Sequence record: PZ402301.1
Direction: 5' to 3' (one strand)
Source of the DNA: a phage
DNA length: 64,000 nucleotides
Shown: positions 56,598 through 64,000 of the stretch, piece after piece
Numbering within the stretch: the stretch's first letter is position 1
Layout of the letters: each line of letters begins with the position of its first letter
Made by a program: the position numbers and the translations under genes
Notes under the pieces: generated by a model
Database searches by the model: none
What the model was told of the DNA's origin: nothing
What the model saw: the letters and a program-made list of their open reading frames with translations, nothing else

Positions 56598-58580
56598 ATG
56601 GCAAATACCCCTGTAAATTATCAATTAACAAGAACAGCAAATGCTATTCCCGAGATATTCGTCGGGGGTACATTTGCTGAAATAAAACAAAACCTCATTG
56701 AATGGCTTAATGGTCAAAATGAATTTTTGGATTATGATTTTGAAGGCTCAAGATTAAACGTTCTGTGCGACCTTTTGGCTTATAATACATTATACATTCA
56801 GCAGTTTGGTAATGCTGCCGTATATGAAAGCTTTATGCGTACTGCTAACTTACGTAGTTCAGTAGTTCAAGCGGCGCAAGATAATGGATATTTACCTACT
56901 TCAAAATCAGCTGCTCAAACTGAAATTATGCTAACTTGTACAGACGCACTGAATAGAAATTACATTACTATTCCTCGTGGTACTCGCTTTTTAGCATATG
57001 CAAAAGATACTTCAGTTAATCCTTATAACTTTGTATCTACCGAAGATGTTATTGCTATTCGTGATAAAAATAACCAGTATTTTCCACGTTTAAAATTAGC
57101 CCAAGGGCGTATAGTAAGAACTGAAATCATTTATGATAAATTAACACCTATTATCATTTATGACAAAAATATAGATAGAAACCAAGTTAAGCTGTATGTT
57201 GATGGAGCAGAATGGATTAACTGGACAAGAAAGTCAATGGTTCATGCTGGTTCTACATCAACAATTTACTACATGCGTGAAACTATTGATGGAAATACTG
57301 AATTTTATTTTGGTGAAGGTGAGATTTCTGTTAACGCGGCAGAAGGAGCATTGACTGCTAATTATATTGGGGGTCTTAAACCTACCCAGAACTCTACGAT
57401 TGTTATTGAGTACATCAGTACTAACGGCGCAGATGCGAATGGCGCAGTCGGATTTTCATATGCAGATACATTAACAAATATAACTGTCATCAATATTAAC
57501 GAAAATCCAAATGATGACCCAGATTTTGTTGGGGCAGATGGCGGCGGCGATCCAGAAGATATTGAGCGTATTCGCGAATTGGGTACTATTAAACGCGAAA
57601 CCCAGCAACGCTGCGTAACTGCAACCGACTATGATACATTCGTCTCAGAAAGATTCGGTTCTATTATTCAAGCAGTTCAGACTTTCACTGATTCTACTAA
57701 ACCTGGTTATGCATTTATTGCTGCTAAACCTAAATCAGGATTGTATTTAACTACTGTACAACGCGAAGATATTAAAAATTATCTCAAAGATTATAATTTA
57801 GCTCCTATTACGCCATCAATTATTTCTCCTAATTATCTTTTTATTAAGACTAATTTAAAAGTCACATATGCTTTAAATAAGCTGCAAGAATCCGAACAGT
57901 GGCTTGAAGGTCAAATAATTGATAAAATTGATCGTTATTATACCGAAGATGTAGAAATTTTTAATTCATCTTTCGCTAAATCTAAGATGTTGACATATGT
58001 AGATGATGCAGATCATTCTATTATTGGCTCATCGGCGACAATTCAGATGGTACGTGAAGTACAAAACTTCTATAAAACGCCTGAAGCGGGTATTAAATAC
58101 AATAATCAAATAAAAGATCGTTCTATGGAATCTAATACGTTTTCATTTAATTCCGGACGAAAGGTTGTAAATCCTGATACTGGCTTAGAAGAAGATGTAT
58201 TATATGACGTTCGTATAGTATCAACAGACCGAGATTCTAAAGGAATTGGTAAAGTTATTATTGGTCCATTTGCTTCTGGCGATGTTACAGAAAATGAAAA
58301 CATTCAGCCATATACAGGCAATGATTTTAATAAATTAGCAAGTTCCGATGGACGCGACAAATACTACGTTATCGGTGAAATAAATTATCCAGCTGACATG
58401 ATTTATTGGAATATCGCTAAAATTAATTTAACATCCGATAAATTTGAGGTTCAGACTATTGAGCTATATTCTGATCCAATAGACGATGTTATTTTCACAC
58501 GCGATGGTTCACTGATTGTATTTGAAAATGATTTACGTCCACAATACTTAACTATCGATTTGGAGCCTATATCACAATGA
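56598..58580 (+). CDS. 6: Baseplate wedge protein gp6
   Basis: 660 aa as T4 gp6. Confidence 0.93.
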   Translation: MANTPVNYQLTRTANAIPEIFVGGTFAEIKQNLIEWLNGQNEFLDYDFEGSRLNVLCDLLAYNTLYIQQFGNAAVYESFMRTANLRSSVVQAAQDNGYLPTSKSAAQTEIMLTCTDALNRNYITIPRGTRFLAYAKDTSVNPYNFVSTEDVIAIRDKNNQYFPRLKLAQGRIVRTEIIYDKLTPIIIYDKNIDRNQVKLYVDGAEWINWTRKSMVHAGSTSTIYYMRETIDGNTEFYFGEGEISVNAAEGALTANYIGGLKPTQNSTIVIEYISTNGADANGAVGFSYADTLTNITVININENPNDDPDFVGADGGGDPEDIERIRELGTIKRETQQRCVTATDYDTFVSERFGSIIQAVQTFTDSTKPGYAFIAAKPKSGLYLTTVQREDIKNYLKDYNLAPITPSIISPNYLFIKTNLKVTYALNKLQESEQWLEGQIIDKIDRYYTEDVEIFNSSFAKSKMLTYVDDADHSIIGSSATIQMVREVQNFYKTPEAGIKYNNQIKDRSMESNTFSFNSGRKVVNPDTGLEEDVLYDVRIVSTDRDSKGIGKVIIGPFASGDVTENENIQPYTGNDFNKLASSDGRDKYYVIGEINYPADMIYWNIAKINLTSDKFEVQTIELYSDPIDDVIFTRDGSLIVFENDLRPQYLTIDLEPISQ

Positions 58581-61500
58581 CAGTAAAAGCACCTTCAGTC
58601 ACTAGTCTCAGAATTTCCAAGTTATCCGCAAATCAGGTGCAAGTACGCTGGGATGACGTTGGTGCTAATTTCTACTATTTTGTAGAAATCGCTGAGACAA
58701 AAACAAACTCGGGGGAAAATCTCCCGAGTAATCAATACAGATGGATTAACTTAGGATATACTGCAAATAACAGCTTCTTTTTTGATAACGCTAATCCATT
58801 GACATCGTACATTATTAGAGTAGCTACAGCTGCGCAGGATTTTGAGCAGTCTGATTGGATTTATACTGAAGAGTTTGAAACTTTTGCTACAAACGCTTAT
58901 ACATTTCAAAACATGATTGAAATGCAATTAGCTAATAAATTCATTCAGGAAAAATTTACTCTTAATAATTCTGACTATGTCAATTTTAACAATGATACTA
59001 TAATGGCTGCATTGATGAACGAATCGTTTCAATTCAGCCCATCATATGTTGATGTTTCATCAATAAGTAATTTTATTATTGGTGAAAATGAGTATCATGA
59101 AATACAAGGTTCTATTCAGCAAGTATGTAAGGATATTAACCGAGTTTATTTGATGGAATCAGAAGGGATTCTATATCTTTTTGAGCGTTATCAACCTGTA
59201 GTTAAAGTATCTAATGATAAAGGACAAACTTGGAAAGCTGTAAAACTCTTCAATGACCGCGTAGGATATCCTTTATCTAAGACAGTATATTACCAATCTG
59301 CAAACACAACATACGTTCTAGGATACGACAAGATTTTCTATGGCCGCAAATCTACTGATGTTAGATGGTCAGCTGATGATGTCAGATTTAGTTCGCAGGA
59401 TATAACATTTGCTAAACTTGGCGACCAATTACATCTAGGATTTGATGTAGAAATTTTTGCCACTTACGCGACTTTGCCAGCTAATGTATACCGCATTGCA
59501 GAAGCTATTACTTGCACCGATGATTACATTTACGTTGTCGCCAGAGACAAAGTTAGATACATAAAAACGAGTAATGCACCTATAGATTCTGACCCATTAT
59601 CTCCAACATATTCGGAAAGGCTATTTGAACCTGATACGATGACTATAACTGGAAATCCTAAAGCAGTATGTTATAAAATGGATTCTATTGGTGATAAAGT
59701 TTTTGCTCTTATTGTTGGAGAAGTTGAAACATTAAATGCTAATCCTAGAACATCAAAAATAATTGATTCTGCCGATAAAGGAATATATGTTTTAAATCAT
59801 GCCACGAAAACATGGAAAAGAGTTTTTGGCAACACTGAAGAAGAAAGAAGACGTATTCAACCTGGATATGCGAATATGTCAACTGATGGTAAATTAGTTT
59901 CTCTGTCTTCGAGTAATTTTAAATTTTTAAGTGATAACATTGTTAATGACCCTGAAACTGCAGCGAAATATCAGTTAATCGGTGCTGTTAAATATGAATT
60001 TCCTCGTGAATGGCTAGCTGATAAGCATTATCATATGATGGCATTTATAGCAGATGAAAAATCTGATTGGGAAACTTTTACACCTCAGCCGATGAAATAC
60101 TATGCAGAACCATTCTTTAACTGGTCTAAAAAATCTAACACACGCTGTTGGATAAACAACTCTGATAGAGCTGTAGTAGTTTATGCTGATTTAAAATACA
60201 CCAAAGTTATAGAAAATATTCCGGAAACATCACCAGATAGATTAGTTCATGAATACTGGGATGATGGTGATTGTACGATAGTAATGCCAAATGTTAAATT
60301 CACGGGATTTAAAAAATACGCGTCTGGGATGCTTTTTTATAAGTCTTCTGGTGAAATAATTTCTTACTATGATTTTAACTATCGAGTGAGAGACACGGTT
60401 GAAATAATTTGGAAGCCAACTGGAATATTTTTAAAAGCATTTTTACAAAACCAAGAGCGCGAAACTCCTTGGTCCCCGGAAGAAGAGCATGGATTAACTG
60501 ATCCTGATTTAAGACCATTGATTGGCACAATGATGCCTGATTCTTATTTGCTACAGGATTCTAATTTTGAGGCATTCTGCGAAGCATATATTCAGTATCT
60601 TTCTGATGGATATGGAACTCAGTATAATAATTTACGAAATTTAATTCGTAACCAATATCCGCGAGAAGAGCACGCGTGGGAATATTTGTGGTCAGAGATA
60701 TATAAAAGAAACATTTATTTAAATGCTGATAAACGTGATGCTGTTGCAAGATTTTTTGAATCACGTAGCTATGATTTTTATTCTACTAAAGGAATTGAAG
60801 CATCATACAAATTTCTTTTTAAAGTTCTTTATAATGAAGAAGTTGAAATTGAAATTGAATCTGGGGCTGGTACTGAATATGATATAATCGTTCAATCTGA
60901 TTCTTTGACTGAAGATTTAGTAGGACAAACGATTTATACAGCTACAGGAAGATGTAATGTTACTTATATAGAAAGAAGCTATTCTAATGGTAAATTGCAA
61001 TGGACCGTAACTATTCATAATCTTTTGGGAAGATTAATTGCCGGTCAAGAAGTTAAAGCAGAAAGACTCCCTAGTTTCGAAGGCGAAATTATTCGCGGGG
61101 TTAAAGGAAAGGATTTGCTTCAAAATAATATAGACTATATTAATAGAAGTAGATCATATTATGTAATGAAAATTAAATCCAATTTACCTTCTTCCCGCTG
61201 GAAATCTGACGTTATTCGTTTTGTTCATCCAGTAGGATTTGGATTTATAGCAATTACTCTTTTAACAATGTTTATTAATGTTGGTTTAACCCTTAAACAC
61301 ACAGAGACTATAATTAATAAATACAAAAACTATAAATGGGATTCTGGATTGCCTACTGAATATGCTGATAGAGTAGCTAAATTGACTCCAACCGGTGAAA
61401 TTGAGCATGATTCGGTAACAGGCGAAGCAATTTATGAACCTGGCCCAATGGCTGGTGTAGAATATCCTCTTCCTGATGACTATAATGCTGAAAATAATAA

Positions 61501-61675
61501 TTCAATATTTCAAGGTCAATTGCCATCTGAACGACGTAAATTAATGAGTCCTCTATTTGATGCATCTGGAACAACATTTGCGCAATTTAGGGATTTAGTT
61601 AATAAACGTCTAAAAGATAATATAGGAAATCCAAGAGACCCTGAAAATCCAACACAGGTTAAAATAGATGAATGA
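58577..61675 (+). CDS. 7: Baseplate wedge protein gp7
   Basis: 1032 aa as T4 gp7; start overlaps gene 6 stop. Confidence 0.93.
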   Translation: MTVKAPSVTSLRISKLSANQVQVRWDDVGANFYYFVEIAETKTNSGENLPSNQYRWINLGYTANNSFFFDNANPLTSYIIRVATAAQDFEQSDWIYTEEFETFATNAYTFQNMIEMQLANKFIQEKFTLNNSDYVNFNNDTIMAALMNESFQFSPSYVDVSSISNFIIGENEYHEIQGSIQQVCKDINRVYLMESEGILYLFERYQPVVKVSNDKGQTWKAVKLFNDRVGYPLSKTVYYQSANTTYVLGYDKIFYGRKSTDVRWSADDVRFSSQDITFAKLGDQLHLGFDVEIFATYATLPANVYRIAEAITCTDDYIYVVARDKVRYIKTSNAPIDSDPLSPTYSERLFEPDTMTITGNPKAVCYKMDSIGDKVFALIVGEVETLNANPRTSKIIDSADKGIYVLNHATKTWKRVFGNTEEERRRIQPGYANMSTDGKLVSLSSSNFKFLSDNIVNDPETAAKYQLIGAVKYEFPREWLADKHYHMMAFIADEKSDWETFTPQPMKYYAEPFFNWSKKSNTRCWINNSDRAVVVYADLKYTKVIENIPETSPDRLVHEYWDDGDCTIVMPNVKFTGFKKYASGMLFYKSSGEIISYYDFNYRVRDTVEIIWKPTGIFLKAFLQNQERETPWSPEEEHGLTDPDLRPLIGTMMPDSYLLQDSNFEAFCEAYIQYLSDGYGTQYNNLRNLIRNQYPREEHAWEYLWSEIYKRNIYLNADKRDAVARFFESRSYDFYSTKGIEASYKFLFKVLYNEEVEIEIESGAGTEYDIIVQSDSLTEDLVGQTIYTATGRCNVTYIERSYSNGKLQWTVTIHNLLGRLIAGQEVKAERLPSFEGEIIRGVKGKDLLQNNIDYINRSRSYYVMKIKSNLPSSRWKSDVIRFVHPVGFGFIAITLLTMFINVGLTLKHTETIINKYKNYKWDSGLPTEYADRVAKLTPTGEIEHDSVTGEAIYEPGPMAGVEYPLPDDYNAENNNSIFQGQLPSERRKLMSPLFDASGTTFAQFRDLVNKRLKDNIGNPRDPENPTQVKIDE

Positions 61676-62672
61676 TTCAAGTGTTATCTATCGTGCGATA
61701 GTTACTTCAAAATTTAGAACAGAAAAAATGTTGAATTTTTATAATTCAATTGGAAGTGGTCCGGATAAAAACACTATCTTTATTACATTTGGAAGATCAG
61801 AACCGTGGTCATCAAACGAAAATGAGGTGGGATTTGCCCCACCTTATCCCACCGATTCTGTGTTAGGTGTAACTGACATGTGGACTCATATGATGGGAAC
61901 CGTGAAGGTTCTTCCATCTATGCTTGATGCAGTTATTCCTCGTCGAGATTGGGGAGATACTAGATATCCGGATCCATACACATTTAGAATTAACGATATT
62001 GTAGTGTGTAACTCAGCTCCTTACAACGCTACCGAATCAGGCGCAGGCTGGTTAGTATATCGTTGTTTAGATGTTCCTGATACTGGAATGTGCTCAATTG
62101 AGTCTTTAACTAATAAGGATGAATGCCTTAAGCTAGGTGGAAAATGGACTCCTTCTGTTAGGTCAATGACTCCTCCTGAAGGTCGAGGAGACGCGGAAGG
62201 AACAATCGAACCTGGAGACGGGTATGTATGGGAATATCTTTTTGAGATTCCGCCTGATGTATCTATAAACAGATGCACGAATGAATATATCGTGGTTCCT
62301 TGGCCTGAGGAATTAAAAGAAGATCCGACTAGATGGGGGTATGAAGATAACCTCACTTGGCAGCAAGATGATTTTGGATTAATTTACCGGGTTAAGGCAA
62401 ATACTATTCGTTTTAAAGCATACTTAGATTCAGTTTATTTTCCTGAAGCTGCATTGCCAGGAAATAAAGGATTTAGACAAATATCGATAATCACGAATCC
62501 TCTTGAAGCTAAAGTTCATCCAAATGACCCAAACGTTAAAGCTGAAAAGGATTACTATGATCCGGAAGATTTAATGAGGCATTCGGGCGAAATGATTTAT
62601 ATGGAAAATAGGCCACCTATTATTATGGCAATGGATCAAACGGAAGAAATCAATATTCTGTTTACATTTTAA
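61668..62672 (+). CDS. 8: Baseplate wedge protein gp8
   Basis: 334 aa as T4 gp8; followed by intrinsic terminator. Confidence 0.93.
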   Translation: MNDSSVIYRAIVTSKFRTEKMLNFYNSIGSGPDKNTIFITFGRSEPWSSNENEVGFAPPYPTDSVLGVTDMWTHMMGTVKVLPSMLDAVIPRRDWGDTRYPDPYTFRINDIVVCNSAPYNATESGAGWLVYRCLDVPDTGMCSIESLTNKDECLKLGGKWTPSVRSMTPPEGRGDAEGTIEPGDGYVWEYLFEIPPDVSINRCTNEYIVVPWPEELKEDPTRWGYEDNLTWQQDDFGLIYRVKANTIRFKAYLDSVYFPEAALPGNKGFRQISIITNPLEAKVHPNDPNVKAEKDYYDPEDLMRHSGEMIYMENRPPIIMAMDQTEEINILFTF

Positions 62673-62677
62673 ATTAA

Positions 62678-62700
62678 GGGAGCCCATGGGCTCCCTTTTT
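62678..62700 (+). terminator. Rho-independent terminator after gene 8
   Basis: gggagccc-atg-ggctccc followed by TTTTT. Confidence 0.7.
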
Positions 62701-62703
62701 CTT

Positions 62704-62711
62704 TATAAATA
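62704..62711 (+). promoter_or_regulatory. Late promoter core TATAAATA for gene 9
   Basis: TATAAATA 25 nt upstream of gene 9 ATG, right after the gene 8 terminator. Confidence 0.7.
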
Positions 62712-62735
62712 CTATAAACTCATAAGGAAACCGCT

Positions 62736-63602
62736 ATGTTCATTCAAGAACCAAAGAAATTGATTGATACCGGCGAAATTGGTAACGCTTCTACTGGTGA
62801 TATCTTATTCGACGGTGGTAATAAAATTAACAGTGATTTTAATGCAATTTATAACGCGTTTGGCGATCAGCGTAAAATGGCAGTAGCAAATGGTACTGGT
62901 GCTGACGGCCAAATTATCCATGCTACTGGATATTATCAAAAGCATTCTATCACAGAGTATGCAACTCCGGTGAAAGTTGGTACTAGACATGATATTGATA
63001 CCTCTGCTGTAGGTGTTAAAGTTATCATTGAAAGAGGCGAACTTGGTGATTGCGTTGAATTTATTAACTCAAATGGATCTATATCAGTTACCAATCCTTT
63101 AACGATTCAAGCGATTGATTCAATTAAAGGTGTTTCAGGTAATTTGGTAGTAACTAGCCCATATAGTAAAGTTACTTTACGTTGTATTTCATCTGATAAT
63201 TCTACGTCAGTTTGGAATTATTCTATTGAAAGTATGTTTGGCCAAAAGGAATCACCGGCTGAAGGTACATGGAATATTTCTACATCCGGATCAGTTGACA
63301 TTCCATTATTTCATCGTACTGAATACAATATGGCTAAATTGCTAGTTACGTGTCAATCGGTAGATGGAAGAAAAATTAAAACGGCAGAAATAAATATTCT
63401 TGTAGATGCTGTTAATTCAACGGTCATTTCTTCTGAATATGCTGTCATGCGGGTTGGGAATGAAACCGAAGAAGACGAAATCGCTAATATTGCATTTAGT
63501 ATTAAAGAAAATTATGTAACGGCGACTATAAGTTCTTCAACTGTCGGTATGAGAGCAGCAGTTAAAGTTATCGCTACGCAGAAAATCGGGGTGGCTCAAT
63601 AA
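62736..63602 (+). CDS. 9: Baseplate wedge protein gp9 (long tail fiber socket)
   Basis: 288 aa as T4 gp9; late promoter TATAAATA at 62704-62711. Confidence 0.93.
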   Translation: MFIQEPKKLIDTGEIGNASTGDILFDGGNKINSDFNAIYNAFGDQRKMAVANGTGADGQIIHATGYYQKHSITEYATPVKVGTRHDIDTSAVGVKVIIERGELGDCVEFINSNGSISVTNPLTIQAIDSIKGVSGNLVVTSPYSKVTLRCISSDNSTSVWNYSIESMFGQKESPAEGTWNISTSGSVDIPLFHRTEYNMAKLLVTCQSVDGRKIKTAEINILVDAVNSTVISSEYAVMRVGNETEEDEIANIAFSIKENYVTATISSSTVGMRAAVKVIATQKIGVAQ

Positions 63603-64000
63603 TGAAACAAAATATTAATATCGGTAATGTTGTTGATGATGGTACCGGTGACTACCTGCGTAAAGGTGGTATAAAAATAAATGAAAACTTTGATGAACTT
63701 TATTATGAACTTGGTGATGGAGATGTTCCATATTCAGCCGGTGCCTGGAAAACTTATGATGCTTCATCTGGACAAACACTAACGGCAGAATGGGGAAAAT
63801 CATACGCTATTAATACCTCTTCTGGAAGAGTAACTCTACAACTTCCTAAAGGAACTGTTAATGATTACAACAAGGTAATTAGAGCTAGAGACGTATTCGC
63901 TACATGGAACATCAATCCAGTTACTTTAGTAGCTGCTTCCGGAGATACAATTAAAGGATCGTCATCGTCAGTTGAAATTAATATTCAATTTAGTGATTTA
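63603..64000 (+). CDS. 10: Baseplate wedge protein gp10, N-terminal part; continues beyond window end
   Basis: MKQNINIGNVVDDGTGDYLRKGGIKINENFDELYYELGDGDVPYSAGAWKT matches T4 gp10 N-terminus; ATG directly follows gene 9 stop. Confidence 0.85.

Noticed and set aside
54290-62990. Minus-strand ORFs inside late genes 5, 6, 7, 8, 9 (e.g. 54290..54499, 56305..56523, 58106..58303, 62021..62356, 62805..62990)
   Set aside because: Embedded antisense in long, length-matched baseplate genes; no expression signals.

Overview
This window is a contiguous segment of a T-even (T4-like, Tequatrovirus-type) phage genome. Many proteins match T4 products in sequence and length (gp43, RegA, gp62/44/45, gp46/47, alpha-gt, gp55, NrdG, endonuclease VII, NrdC, rI, Tk, RegB, DenV, lysozyme e, NudE, IPI, gp57A/B, gp1-gp10). 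Bases 1-53417 are a minus-strand block of early/middle genes (uvsX through gene 4) and bases 53465-64000 are plus-strand late baseplate genes (53, 5, 5.1, 5.4, 6, 7, 8, 9, start of 10), separated by divergent late promoters. It is not the T4 reference: nrdD has no intron or I-TevII, the beta-gt locus holds a different glucosyltransferase, and the 8-tRNA cluster carries Asn and Tyr tRNAs and two homing-endonuclease-like ORFs. The strongest anomaly is a perfect 77-bp tandem duplication that frameshifts nrdD. Other points of interest are several tandem paralog families, an ATPase plus nucleotidyltransferase pair, a host-like GrcA gene, and an internal-protein gene flanked by 30-bp direct repeats. 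Gene calls rest on the supplied ORF track plus my recollection of T4 proteins; no database search was run. The ORF track appears to allow non-ATG starts, so I moved several starts to the ATG with a Shine-Dalgarno where obvious; all starts remain approximate.
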